A stretch of DNA of 63,669 nucleotides, filler included, from Welwitschia mirabilis (GCA_051453625.1; 5 parts of one record of this genome joined end to end with filler, not necessarily neighbours in it); one strand, 5' to 3'. Shown: positions 13,031 to 26,400, counted from the first letter of the whole stretch. The notes: generated by a model from the letters alone, not told the origin. Translations and numbers: made by a program.

Positions 13031-13396
13031 TCAAATTGGCAAAATATTACATTCTCCCTGCTCATTGGGAAGGTTCATCCACTTCTGTTTGTGCAAAGGA
13101 GGCAACCTCAGCCACGATGTTGTGACATGAGACAAAGGGTAAGAGATGAAACTAGAAGATTGGTAGCACAACGGATGCTGCATGGAGGAGCAAGAGCTAA
13201 AGTGGGTGCCCATAGGAGATGAAGGATTAAGTGATTTGTTGAATATCCTAATTTAGAGTTCAATGGTGAAATGTGAATGTCATGGTTAAACTCAAGAATT
13301 GGAACAGTTTTTACGTTTTTAGTCATGGATTTATATATTATGATGAATTGATGACTATTTGTTATCTTAGATGTTAAATCTTGTTGAGATTAATTT

Positions 13397-13644
13397 CAGG
13401 ACAGTTGTACTTCACGGTCCTACTGGCTTTCTGAAACTGCTTAACCCATCAAAACCACTTCAAATTTTTTTTTTTTTAAAACATGTGGCCCACTAAAACC
13501 GCTTTAAAAGTTGTTTTATGAAAACACTTGCCCATTAAAACCATTTTTGCAATCGTTTTGGTAGGTTAAAACCATTTTTGTAGTGGGTTTGGCAGGCTAA
13601 GCCTTTTCAGAGAGCGAGTAGGCCCCGCAAGTATAAATATCCTG
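13397..13644. mobile_element. MITE with long (~65 bp) imperfect terminal inverted repeats
   Basis: Left end CAGGACAGTTGTACTTCACGGTCCTACTGGCTTTCTGAAACTGCTTAACCC; reverse complement of right end CAGGATATTTATACTTGCGGGGCCTACTCGCTCTCTGAAAAGGCTTAGCCT. No clear TSD. Confidence 0.8.
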
Positions 13645-14261
13645 AGGATGTTCTGAAGCTAGAATGTTTAGCACTTACTAAAATACTTTATGATTTTCTG
13701 AATGGATGGTTTTCCTCTTGTAAGACAAACAGAACACCAAACCCAAAATTTTCAATTCAATTTCTTCAGTGATAACTTAACAGAAAATTGTTTGAATGAG
13801 AATCTACCACAGAAGGAGAAAAAGTTGTTGCTCGTGAGTTCCATGTAAAGAGTAAAATCTGGTCATAAACTATACTACACGTCTTTGCAAAGTGCATGGC
13901 TTTTTTTTTTTTTTTGGCAGCATAGGTGCCTTACTTTTTGTTAAGATAACTAAATATTTTTGGCTTGCTCTTTGTAAACCAGCCATCGTACAATAGAATC
14001 ATCACATTTTAAAAATATTTGAAGTTGTTGTGCATTCCTATGTAAGGGAAATGAAGAAACTTTGTTACATGACATACAAGTCGACAGTGTCAGAGTCTCT
14101 AATGATACATTTGCAAAATGTATATTCCTATAATGGTCCTCTAAGTTAAAAAATCTTGGGAATCACGACATGAATGCTAGTCCATTAAAGTGCTCTTACA
14201 AATTACTTTCAAACTAAAATAATTGAAACGTCAGAAAAAAACTACTTAAGAGTAACCTTTC

Positions 14262-15150
14262 CTTCTGGCTGCACAGAAATCACATGTTCAAGGGAACAAA
14301 TGGCACACTGTTTTCACAACCACCAATGCAGTATGAAGAATCAGATAATATAACTTACTTCAAATAAGCTGCTTTTATCGCACAGAGCAGATTTGACAAC
14401 CAAAGAAACTAACTGCATTAGTGACAATACATTCCAAGTCAGACAACATAATTCAATAATCACATGTGAAAATGGCATTGTATTGTTCATGTTCATCCTT
14501 CATGCTCTATAAAACTCTTCATGCTTGAGTGCATTGCAGAAACAGAGGTCAGTGGAGTCTACATTGAGTAGTATTCTCTGATTTTCAAAACAAAATTTAA
14601 TATACCAAAGACAGATGTTATGCCTTACCTGCCAGAAAATTATAAACAGATCCTTACAACATTCCATAGAAAAGAGACTCTTAAGTTTCTGAAACAAGCG
14701 GTTCTTGATTCACAGAAAATCTTGATAGTTAATTTATCAGTTTATCAGTTATCAGGTAACACAGTTCTCTTCTGATCACGACCCATATCTGATTAACCAT
14801 CTGAAACAACAATTCTAGGGTTCACAAATCACCTGACTATTTTCCTGGTAGTGCCACAGCATTTGACACACATCATAGAAGAGATTCACACAGTTTAACG
14901 TGATTGAGGATAATGAAGCATCTAGGATCTTCCAACATAAACGAAGATTGTTAAGGATAGTAAAAATTGTAAGAAAAATCCTTAAAAAATTTTGGGAACA
15001 AACAATTTCGATCAAAATTCACTTGTCTACCACTATTCAATATCCTCCTTTCCCTTAGCTGTATTTCCGGTGAGAGGTATGGTCACTAAAAATTTCGAGT
15101 TTGACATTCCACACATGTCATTATCATCCAAGCCTTTTCTCCTTTATATG
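14262..15150 (-). ncRNA. Copy A of a diverged tandemly duplicated non-coding unit (TATA, short first exon, intron)
   Basis: Colinear similarity to 16912-17767. Minus-strand TATAAA at ~15143-15148. Donor /GTGAAT at 15022 and acceptor GTTTCAG/ at ~14689 are present in both copies; reading frames are not conserved. Confidence 0.45.
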
Positions 15151-16911
15151 AGATTGGCTTTCTAGGTCCTAGTTTTCCACTATTTGAGGCCACAAGTTTC
15201 ATGAATGTTTCTCATAATTGATGAAAACACAATGGAAAACTGGACAATGTGCATTGTTAAGAGCTTTTTCAAGTTACAAGAAGAATATTCAGATTCAAAG
15301 TTAATCCAGTCTCAATGAGAAAGTGACATGTGATAAACCCCTCAGATACAAACATATATCCTTTTATTTAATGAATCTTTTTGATGTTAACCATCAAATG
15401 CTAGAAAAGAGAATAGTTTGAGTCCCCTAAATCTGTTTGCTCAAAAAGAGAGATTTTTCTTTGTTCCCAAGGAATTTTCCCAGTGTATAAACACTGATAT
15501 ACAATCAATGGATTTGAAATAATGGTTGGCATTGCTACATGAAGAGGGATCCAAGCAACGACCGTATGTAGCACTTACAATTATAGAAACTATTAAGAGA
15601 AAAAAAAAAAAGATCAAAAACAGTAAAGACCTGAGTAATGGTTATAATAAGCAGAAAAGAGATGCAAGCTGGCTCTGACATAGCGAAACAGAAGCCTTAT
15701 GAAACTGTTTATTTTGTAATTACTTATTTATAATAACTTTTTAATTTGCCTGTTACTGTTATAACTTTTATATGTTGGCTATATTGTCAGATTTTACTGG
15801 TGCAAATACCAGTTACTACAGCTATAACTCATTCAGTTCATGGTTTTCAACGTCAGATATTGATCTATGATCTGGCAATTAATCTTCAAGCAGAAGAAAG
15901 GTCAATCTTGAACAGATTAAACCAACTTGCAGCTTCGAAATTGATGATTACACAGTGATTAGTCTCCTAACCATGATTTTTTGGGATTAGGAGAATTAGG
16001 CAGATATGGATCATGCTAGAAAACAATCAAAAGCATTAAAAAATTAAAAAAAATGAACACTGATCTTGCTTATCATTTTCTTAATATTATAGCACAAGAG
16101 TGGCAACTTATTTGCAACTAGGCACAAGAGAACCCCCTCTTCATCTGGTCACTCAAGCGTTCAACCCCTGACCAGTGTCAGTGTAGAGGCATATTTACTT
16201 TTTCCATTGATAAATTCTCTTAACACTGACAACTTGACTATATTGTATAAACATACTTGCATACAGCTGATGGTTCCACAGGCATGAAATTATTTGGTAC
16301 GCACTAAATGACATCACCTTTGGTTTTCGGTTGCTCATCCAAGACTTAAATGCTAACTAGATAAATTGGTCATTATACACGGAAAAGTCAGAGTCTGCAT
16401 GCTTGACTTTGTCACATGATAAAGTAGATAGATCATATTCTTCAACCACAAAAAACAGACTTCCCTTCTTTCTGTATGTTTTTTATGTGTACAATCATGT
16501 TCACTGTTAAGAAAATTCATTCTCTATTTTTCCTAAGACTTCTTGACTTCCTTCTTATTGAACATCCGATCTTTGCCATTTTTGTCAATCTAATTTGTAC
16601 AGGTTGTGCAGGGGGTGCTTCCAATTTTGACCATCAGTCCTATTTCTCACTCTGTTCAATTTCAATTAAATATCTAGATTTTCTAATGGTTTCGAGCTCT
16701 ATTTTGATCCTAATATTTATTCACATGTTAAATAATTTATAGGATGTATTATGTACATAAACTACCATATAAAGATTACATAACACTACTTTATTTAACA
16801 AGTTATTTCCATATAGGCAACTCAAGTTTCGCTCCACTTCCTGACTTGGCCTTCTTTTTCCACCTTAGCCCCTACTGCTATTGATGTCATATTACTATGT
16901 GGCACTAAGCT

Positions 16912-17767
16912 GTTCTCCCGGCTGCATAGAAGTCACATTTTCCCGAGAATAAATGGCACCCTCTTTTCACAACCGCCAAGGCAACATAAAGAATCAAACA
17001 TATAACCATTGTTGCAAGACTCTGACTCGTCACTTGACTTGACTAGGTAAAAAAAACTCGTGACTGGACTCGACTCAAGAACCAGCTCGACACAGACTCC
17101 GAAATCAAAACGAATCACTACAGACTCCGAAATCAAAACGAGCCTCGCCAAGCCTAGCCAAACCTCGCCCACTCGGACTCGGCGAGTTTCTGCCCACCTG
17201 ACTTGTGAGTTCAAAAAAACTTGGGACTTGGAAGTACTTGCCGTGACCCGAAGAGCCTTGCAACAATGCATATAACAACTTCAAATATAAGCTGCTATTA
17301 TCACATAGATTAGATGTGACAAACAAAGTACCTAACTGCATTTATAGATAATACATTCCAAGTCGGGCAACAATTTAGGCATTGCCTTGTTCACATTCAT
17401 CTTTGATGCTCTACAAATCTCTGTATGCTTAAGTGCAAGACAGAAACAGAGGTCTGTCAAACCGACATTGGGTGATACTCTCTGATGCCCAAAATAGAAC
17501 TCAGTACCAAAGACTGATGTTATGTCTTGACTCGCAGTAAACTGTAATCAGCTCCTTATGACATTCGTTGGGAAAGGGACTCTGAATTACTGAAACGCAG
17601 GTTTCTTGATTTAGAGTCAGATTTACAAGCTCCAAGTTCACGAGGATAATCAAGAATGTGAAGAATAGCAAAAGTCGTTAAGCAAAACCCTTAAACTTTC
17701 CTAAAACAAGCAAATTATATTCAAAATAAATTCACCCGTCTCCCACTGCTCGATATACGTCTTTCCT
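16912..17767 (-). ncRNA. Copy B of the duplicated non-coding unit (5' end lost in gap; carries the hAT MITE)
   Basis: Blocks shared with copy A include GGCTGCA.AGAA.TCACAT, TACATTCCAAGTC, CAGAAACAGAGGTC, TACCAAAGAC.GATGTTATG, CTGAAAC and AAATTCAC. Confidence 0.45.
17007..17268. mobile_element. hAT-family MITE (262 bp) with perfect 8-bp TSD
   Basis: TIR CATTGTTGCAAG(A/G)CTCT at both ends; TSD CATATAAC at 16999-17006 and 17269-17276; many GACTCG-type subterminal motifs. Confidence 0.93.
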
Positions 17768-17811
17768 NNNNNNNNNNNNNNNNNNNNNNNNNNNNNNNNN
17801 NNNNNNNNNNN

Positions 17812-17823
17812 TTAATTAATTAA
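17812..17823. other. Artificial scaffold linker TTAATTAATTAA (also 36105-36116, 59994-60005, 61498-61509)
   Basis: Identical six-frame-stop 12-mer flanked by 44 N on each side at four places. Confidence 0.97.
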
Positions 17824-17867
17824 NNNNNNNNNNNNNNNNNNNNNNNNNNNNNNNNNNNNNNNNNNNN

Positions 17868-20388
17868 GTAGGATGAGTCCTTCAAAAGGGTCTCCAATTC
17901 AGTGCTTGAATAATCATCATTTCTTTTTAATCTCTTAGCAAAGGGTGGTTATCCCATGCTTGGCATTGTGGGATTTTGAGATTCTACTTTTTATTCCTTG
18001 ATGTTTTCATCCTTATTTTATGGTTGTTAAAGTTACTCTAGTTCTATTTCCTCTTTTAAATTCATTTTGCTTCTAGTTCTAGATTTTAAATCCTTAATCT
18101 GGTTAGGATTTGAGTGACTAATTGAAGGCAAAGCCCCAATATTCTTTTTGTTAGGATACAATGTTTGTTTCATCAATCTCATAAGCTTATTTAGTTCTTC
18201 ATTGGCTTGTGTCATAGCTTGTTTAAGATTGGTAAAATTTTTTTTCATGTTTTATTGTAAAGATTCTAAATTTACTTGAAAAGTACCAAATGAGGATTAC
18301 CAAATAGAAGGGTTCAGTTATCCATAAGAAGGAAAAGTAAAAGTGTTTGGATTTATGGATGAACTCCATATGTTATTCCCCAAAATTCTTCTTTCATAAG
18401 TTTCTGAAATCTATTAAAATTAGTTTTTAGACCTTGAGAAGCATTCTCTTGTGGTTTTTGATTCATATGGTTGAGGGGACATAATTCTTCACAGACATTG
18501 TTCTAATAGAAAGGGAGGCTAGGATATTTTTTAACTTCATCATCAAGATCTTGATAAAGTTAACATTCATATTTCTCAAAAGAAACTTCCTCCTTCTTTA
18601 CTCATCTCAATACTTTTCATTTGCCTTAGTTTTTTTCCTAACATGGGTACTTCTTTTTTTGTTGACTACTATGATTTACTTTACTCTTGTAGAGATAACA
18701 ATTTTAATGAACATTGAGTCAATTCCATGATATTTTCTTCACAATGAAAGTCTAGCATGTGTCAAGTGTTAGGTATAAGATCTTCCACAAAATAACCTAT
18801 TAATTTCCAATCTTCAATGTCATTTACTAGGTACCTAGTAAATAAGAGGAAAATCTCTCAAATGCTGTAACATATTCTTGCTCTTTCTATTATCTAAAAC
18901 TAATAATTNNNNNNNNNNNNNNNNNNNNNNNNNNNNNNNNNNNNNNNNNNNNNNNNNNNNNNNNNNNNNNNNNNNNNNNNNNNNNNNNNNNNNNNNNNNN
19001 NNNNNNNNATCTAAAACTAATAATTCTTTTTTCAAGGCCTTGAACTTTTGAGCTGGTAAGATATCTATCAATAAATATGCTTTTCATTTGATCTCTAAAA
19101 ATGATAGAGTGATAAGCAATATAGTAGAACCAATTTATAACATTCTCTATGAGTGCCATTTTGAACACAATCAAATAGAGTCTATTAGAGATTGGTTTCC
19201 CTACAGTGTGAAGAAAAGAATCAAGATCGATTAGAAACTNNNNNNNNNNNNNNNNNNNNNNNNNNNNNNNTTTGGGCAAGCACTCAATTCTTTATCTTTA
19301 CATCCTCTCTATCAGGTAATCAATTGGATTGTGAATCTCTTTATTTCTCCTTTACAAAGCATCTCTTAAAGTTCTTGGAGCTAGTGGATTCCTAGCCATG
19401 TTATGGGTATTTTCAATTTGTAATTTTGGTTCCTATTTTATTTCATATTTGATTTGAAATTCATTAGTGATTTTTATATTTGTAAGTGGCTTGAAGGTAA
19501 TATAAGAAGTTTGGGAAGTATCTTTTTCAAATTCAAATTTAATTATTTCAAGAATAGATGGAAGTGCAATGTTTGGGGTATCACTCTCTAAAGATAAAAC
19601 AAGTTCATTATGTTTCACTTTCATAATCAACTAACAAGATGCAGAAGGAAAATATTGATTTTTATAATACACTAGTAAAGCTAAGAATCATTGCAACTAT
19701 TATTAAATTTGTTTGTATTCTTCGTAATCAAATAGGCTAATCTCTATATTTTCCCTAATGAACTTTGATTCCTTAATTTCTCATTTTTTGACATCAAAGA
19801 TTATTTTATATCACATCAAAATAGAAATACCCTTGTTAACCAAGTTTGAGAAGGAATGGAATCACCTATTTAATGGTTCAATAAAGAAATTCAAAGGAGA
19901 ATGAAAATCCCAAGAAGACTAGCACCTCCCTGGCAATGACGTCAAAATGTGAAAGCATATTTCTAGAACCTAAGTCAATCCATGAAGATACAATAGTTAG
20001 AGATTTTCAAGATTTCTTATTAAAAAATTTCTAATAAAAACTAATTTGGAAATCTTTGATTCTAAATTTATTAAGAGAACTCAAATTCAAACATCATGAA
20101 CTCTAAATAAATGCATAATCCAAAGGTTTTTTTTAACAGATAAATGAGCTTCTATCAATACTTACACTTCACTTGCTAAAACCCTAACCATGAAAATGAT
20201 TAAATACTTAACAAATAAAGTTCTCATAAAATTGATACTTTTGAATTTTCTTCTACTTATGCTCTTGCAATATTTGTGAATAAAATGAAACATCTGTAAA
20301 TTAGAATTTTAATATCTTAAAAGATAGCTTGAAGATCATTGAAAATAATGAAAAGCTAATAGAGAAATCAACACTCTAATATAGATGA
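17868..20388 (-). mobile_element. Athila-like Ty3/gypsy 5' part: LTR end, PBS, gag pseudogene
   Basis: PBS TGACGTCATTGCCAGGGA (19927-19944, minus) next to LTR end at 19948. ORF 18890-19279 (NWFYYIAYHSIIFRDQMKSIFIDRYL..KVQGLEKRIISFR) fits Retrotrans_gag; PPFAKRL linker motif near 17930-17950. Confidence 0.8.
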
Positions 20389-20405
20389 NNNNNNNNNNNN
20401 NNNNN

Positions 20406-23400
20406 CTTTCATTTATCATAAAGAAAGTGATTTTATAAGATGCCTTTTCTTTCTTTATCAAGCTTTTTAAATGCTCAAGAAAATAAAAGAGAGAGTTGTA
20501 ACAGTGATCACAAAATTTAGCCCACTTATGCTTGACTATTATAAAGCATTTAGGCTAAGACACATGGCAAGTTTGACTAGTCTACTAGAACATTGTATAT
20601 ACAATAATTTTAGCATATACAATATTTATTCCATAGTAATTAAGAAAAGATATATTTCTTTGTAAAGGTTTATTCTAATATAGACATCTTTGGTAGGTAG
20701 TTGTGGTTCCTTCCTAAGCTAAATGCTGCTTAGATCTCTTCATATCCTTTAACTCAATGTAGATCCTCTTTTTTATTAAATTCTCTTTTGCATAATAAAA
20801 TAGTTTCCATAAGTTCATCATAAAATGCCATTTCATAATATTAAGATTTGTTCATTATTAATCAAATTTAGGGAATAATTGATCATATAATAGTAAGAAA
20901 AACTTCTCTTTTTCCTTCTCTTACATATACTAAGGCCTTGAATGATGCTAAAATGTTGAATCAAAACCTTAACCATCAATAGCTTAATCTCCTTATGAAA
21001 CATGTGATGTTAGTTATAGTTAACTTATNNNNNNNNNNNNNNNNNNNNNNNNNNNNNNNNNNNNNNNNNNNNNNNNNNNNNNNNNNNNNNNNNNNNNNNN
21101 NNNNNNNNNNNNNNNNNNNNNNNNNNNNNNNNNNNNNNNNNNNNNNNNNNNNNNNNNNNNNNNNNNNNNNNNNNNNNNNNNNNNNNNNNNNNNNNNNNNN
21201 NNNNNNNNNNNNNNNNNNNNNNNNNNNNNNNNNNNNNNNNNNNNNNNNNNNNNNNNNNNNNNNNNNNNNNNNNNNNNNNNNNNNNNNNNNNNNNNNNNNN
21301 NNNNNNNNNNNNNNNNNNNNNNNNNNNNNNNNNNNNNNNNNNNNNNNNNNNNNNNNNNNNNNNNNNNNNNNNNNNNNNNNNNNNNNNNNNNNNNNNNNNN
21401 NNNNNNNNNNNNNNNNNNNNNNNNNNNNNNNNNNNNNNNNNNNNNNNNNNNNNNNNNNNNNNNNNNNNNNNNNNNNNNNNNNNNNNNNNNNNNNNNNNNN
21501 NNNNNNNNNNNNNNNNNNNNNNNNNNNNNNNNNNNNNNNNNNNNNNNNNNNNNNNNNNNNNNNNNNNNNNNNNNNNNNNNNNNNNNNNNNNNNNNNNNNN
21601 NNNNNNNNNNNNNNNNNNNNNNNNNNNNNNNNNNNNNNNNNNNNNNNNNNNNNNNNNNNNNNNNNNNNNNNNNNNNNNNNNNNNNNNNNNNNNNNNNNNN
21701 NNNNNNNNNNNNNNNNNNNNNNNNNNNNNNNNNNNNNNNNNNNNNNNNNNNNNNNNNNNNNNNNNNNNNNNNNNNNNNNNNNNNNNNNNNNNNNNNNNNN
21801 NNNNNNNNNNNATAAGGTTTCTCACAAAATTTATATATATTATATTGAAAGAATTACTATTAAGATATCTGAAATAGAGGAGAAGCATTCTTGATGTTAA
21901 CCATCTCGTGTTTCATCTGATTCTGCTACTTTTACATCTTTGCTACTTTTATTCTCTAATTACTTTCTTTTTATTACTACTATAAGATTCATTTTATTTT
22001 TGATAAAGAGTACTTTTGATATATTTTAATAGGACAAAATAGTTTTTCAAAAGGTTCAATCATTTGCATATTGTTTGAGTTTTCTTTTTTAATGTTTTCA
22101 GATTTTGTAATTATTTCTTTATCAAAGTAGCTCGAAACATGATTTTATAGTGGTTCTTTTATAAATCTAAGCTTAATCCATGTCCTCTAAGATAAAAAAA
22201 GGGTATCTCTAGTTAAACAAACACTCTAGTTTTTCATTTTCAATTATGGTTTTCATTTGGTACACTACAAAAGCAAAATAGGTTCTTTTAGCTATGCAAG
22301 TCCTAAGGCCTATATTCTTCATCTAGTATCAAAGCATAAAAGTTATAAGATGTTGCATGAATCCAAAGTTCCAATTTTTGAAGGTAAGAACTTTTAGTAC
22401 TAGTAAAAAAAAAAAAGATGAAAACAATCTTAAAGGCAAATGAAGCATAAGAAGTAATTGAGAATTTGCTCAAAATAGTTACATTAGTAGAGTACCAACT
22501 AAACATAAATAATCAAAAGAAGGAATATAATGAAAGAAATAAGAAAGATGAAATATCTAGAGGAATCATTGAATCTGGGTTGCATTATAGAATTTTTCCA
22601 AAGATTACAACAAAAGACACTACAAAAGAATATTGGGATGTTCTTGGAAATTAGTTTAAAGGTACATCTAAAGTTTAACAAGTTAAACTATGGAAGTAAA
22701 GAGGGAGTTTGAAACCCTCATAATGTTTGAAGGTGGTCATATTAATAAATTTCTTGAAAGATTGTAAAATATTCTTGAAAAACTTGTAGAGCTTAAAAAA
22801 CCAAAATCTAGAAGACCACTAGTGGAGAAAGTACTTAGATTTCTCTCTCGCATATATCATTCATTTGCAATAACTATTATAGAGTTTAAAGATCTAGATA
22901 AATATTATTTGAAATATCTTATTAGTTTTTTGAAAAATTAATACAGGATTAAAAGAATAAGGGAGTAGTTTGATAGTGCTTTTGTTATAACAAGAGAAAA
23001 CAGGAATTACAAAGGTAGAGATAGAGGAAGAACTTACCAGAAGACATTTAAAAATTAGCCACCACATGCAAGTAAGAGGAAGAAGTCTAAGAGGAAAATT
23101 TTTCCCAAGAGAAGGAAGAACTCCACAAGAAACAAGAGAAAATGCAAATGTATGAAGGCGAGAATATTACTATAATAACAAAAAAAAGCACATGAAACTA
23201 TTGTGACATGTATAGGTACTTTGAAAAAGATTNNNNNNNNNNNNNNNNNNNNNNNNNNNNNNNNNNNNNNNNNNNNNNNNNNNNNNNNNNNNNNNNNNNN
23301 NNNNNNNNNNNNNNNNNNNNNNNNNNNNNNNNGAAGAACTCCACAAGAAATAAGAGAAAATGCAGATGTATGAAGGCAATAATATTACTATAATAATAAA

Positions 23401-26400
23401 AAGAAGCACATGGAAGTATTGTGACATGTATAAATACTTTGAAAAAGATTGTTGGAAGAAAGCAAAGAATTATAACTACATAAATTCAAAAAATAATCAA
23501 CAATACTAGAAATACAATAAGGCTTCCACAGCAACAACTCAGGCATAAATCATGTAGCCACATGCAATAATCTTAGAAGAGAGTTCTACATCAAATTAAA
23601 CACAAAATGTACAAGTAGTAACTTAAGAAACACAAACAAATCAGCAAAGGGAGTGATGAAAGCATTTACAATATGGTGTGTACATCTACTATTGCAACTT
23701 ATCATGAATGGATCTTAGATTCTAGTTGCTCTAATCATCTTTGAAAAGATAAACATCTTTTTAAACATTTGGAGTTAATAAATTTAGTAGAAGTTAGCAT
23801 TAGAGATGGAAACAAGATTAAACTTGAAGGTATGAGAACTATTGCATTTTCTTTTGATGATGGAAAATGTGTAAAAATTAGAGATATTGTTTATGATCCT
23901 ACTTTTTCATATAATCTTATTTCAGTTGGGTAACTTATCTAAAAGGGTATTAATATTAAATTTAGTGGANNNNNNNNNNNNNNNNNNNNNNNNNNNNNNN
24001 NNNNNNNNNNNNNNNNNNNNNNNNNNNNNNNNNNNNNNNNNNNNNNNNNNNNNNNNNNNNNNNNNNNNNNNNNNNNNNNNNNNNNNNNNNNNNNNNNNNN
24101 NNNNNNNNNNNNNNNNNNNNNNNNNNNNNNNNNNNNNNNNNNNNNNNNNNNNNNNNNNNNNNNNNNNNNNNNNNNNNNNNNNNNNNNNNNNNNNNNNNNN
24201 NNNNNNNNNNNNNNNNNNNNNNNNNNNNNNNNNNNNNNNNNNNNNNNNNNNNNNNNNNNNNNNNNNNNNNNNNNNNNNNNNNNNNNNNNNNNNNNNNNNN
24301 NNNNNNNNNNNNNNNNNNNNNNNNNNNNNNNNNNNNNNNNNNNNNNNNNNNNNNNNNNNNNNNNNNNNNNNNNNNNNNNNNNNNNNNNNNNNNNNNNNNN
24401 NNNNNNNNNNNNNNNNNNNNNNNNNNNNNNNNNNNNNNNNNNNNNNNNNNNNNNNNNNNNNNNNNNNNNNNNNNNNNNNNNNNNNNNNNNNNNNNNNNNN
24501 NNNNNNNNNNNNNNNNNNNNNGCAGCCATTAATGATGAATTTTATAGCATTTGTAGGAATAATAACAAGAGGAGATTTGTGGCATGCTACATTAGGACAT
24601 GTCAATCATAATTACTTACCGAAAATGTTTAAAAACTAGATGGTAAGAGGCATGAAAGACTATGAATAAATAAGTGGACAACTATATGAAGCTTGCATCA
24701 AGGCAAAGTCAACAAGAAACAACCATTCAAGTGTTCAAGGAAGGACAAAGACAAAGTTGNNNNNNNNNNNNNNNNNNNNNNNNNNNNNNNNNNNNNNNNN
24801 NNNNNNNNNNNNNNNNNNNNNNNNNNNNNNNNNNNNNNNNNNNNNNNNNNNNNNNNNNNNNNNNNNNNNNNNNNNNNNNNNNNNNNNNNNNNNNNNNNNN
24901 NNNNNNNNNNNNNNNNNNNNNNNTGAAAATGCTTTCAATGTAAAAGTTAAAAGAATCAAATCAGATCAAAGAACAGAGTTTTATTCTAATGATTTCAAGT
25001 TTTTTTATGATTATAATGGCATGATTCAAGAAAGAACAATATCATACACACTTAAAGCAAATAGTGTAGTAGAAAGAAGGAACTGTATTTTGTTTGAGAT
25101 GTCAAAAGTAATGTTGAATCATGTAAAAACACCAAAGCACATGTGGAATAAAGTGATGTATACTACAAACTAAATCAACAATAGACTCATAAATAAGCAC
25201 AACTTGGAGAAGATATCATTTGAATTGTTAGTTGGGCACAAACCTAATCTTTCTAATACAAGCATTCTGGAAGCAAGTGTTGGGTACATATTGCATAAAA
25301 AATAAGAGGTAAAGTNNNNNNNNNNNNNNNNNNNNNNNNNNNNNNNNNNNNNNNNNNNNNNNNNNNNNNNNNNNNNNNNNNNNNNNNNNNNNNNNNNNNN
25401 NNNNNNNNNNNNNNNAAAGTGCATGTTAAAAATGCTTTCAATGAAAAAGTTAAAATAATTAGATCAGATCAAGAAAGAGAGTTTTATTTGAATGAGTTTA
25501 GGTTATTTTATGATTCTGATGGCATCATTCAAGAAAGAACAAGCCATATACACATGAAGCAAATAATATAGCAGAAAGAAGGAACTGCACTTTATTGGTG
25601 ATGGTAAAAGCAATGTTGAACCATGTAAAAACATCAAATCACATGTGGAATGAAACAATATATACTGTAAGCTACATCAACAATAGATGCATCAACATGC
25701 ACAACTTAGAGAAGACACCATTTGAATTGTTAGTTAGGAACAGACCCAATCTTTCTCATACAAGAGTTTTTGGCAATAAGTGTTAGGTTCATATATCATT
25801 ATAAACAAGAGGTAAACTTGATGAAAAAGTAATTGAAGTAGTTTTTTTTGGTTATGACAAAGGAACTTCAGGTTGAAAATGCATAGATGTGAATACTAGA
25901 AAGTTTATAACTTTAAGAGTAGTGAAATTTGAGGAAGACAAGCTTGGTTTTGAGGTAAATAATTCTAATTCTAGTGGTTGTTTACAACAAGTTTCTAATA
26001 GTAAAGAAATTTCTGCAAATCAAACTAGTAGCAACTTATTGAAGTATCACCCACCTCCCTTGATGCTTGATCAAAACTTTGAGAAAAGAGTGATAAGATA
26101 GCAAGCAATACTACAAGGATTAATGGCAATGACATGCAACATTCAAGAACCAAATACTATAGAAGAAGCACTTTAAGATAAGCAATGGCAGCAAGCAATG
26201 CAAAAAGAAATGTAGCAAATTGCAAAGATTGGGAGCTTATTCCCAAACCAAAAAGCAAAAAGGTGATTTTTACAAAATGGATCTACAAAGTGAAGGTAAA
26301 TCAAGAAGACAAAGTGAGAACTTTGAAAGCAAGATTAGTGGCAAAAGAATTCATTCAAAAAGAAGGTATTAATTGTTTCGAAACTTATGCACCTATTTTA

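Noticed and set aside
14500-14697. 65-aa minus-strand ORF in duplicated unit A
   Set aside because: The paralogous frame in copy B has an early stop (TTT CAG TAA) and indels, so there is no coding conservation.
14770-15060. Possible miR2275, miR2118 or miR390 target sites (TCTGATCACGACCCATATCTGA; CTACCACTATTCAATATCC; CTTGTCTAC)
   Set aside because: Too many mismatches by eye and not conserved in copy B.
15620-15800. Imperfect inverted repeat (CAGTAAAGACCTGA / TCAGATTTTACTG)
   Set aside because: Short and patchy with no TSD; too weak to call a MITE or pre-miRNA.
16933-17341. Overlapping 71-112 aa ORFs
   Set aside because: They arise from the GC-rich repetitive hAT MITE; no recognisable protein.
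9000-17767. C/D or H/ACA snoRNA cluster; telomerase RNA
   Set aside because: No properly spaced RTGATGA...CTGA pairs with terminal stems, no complete H plus ACA architecture, and no CTAAACCCT template downstream of a USE/TATA.
17768-17867. Palindromic TTAATTAATTAA recurring four times
   Set aside because: Always centred in 44+44 N; a scaffolding linker, not biology. Adjacency across these joins is unreliable.
20995-21894. Long ORFs in the track (also 23887, 35199, 45794, 54018, 62735)
   Set aside because: Almost entirely X from N runs.
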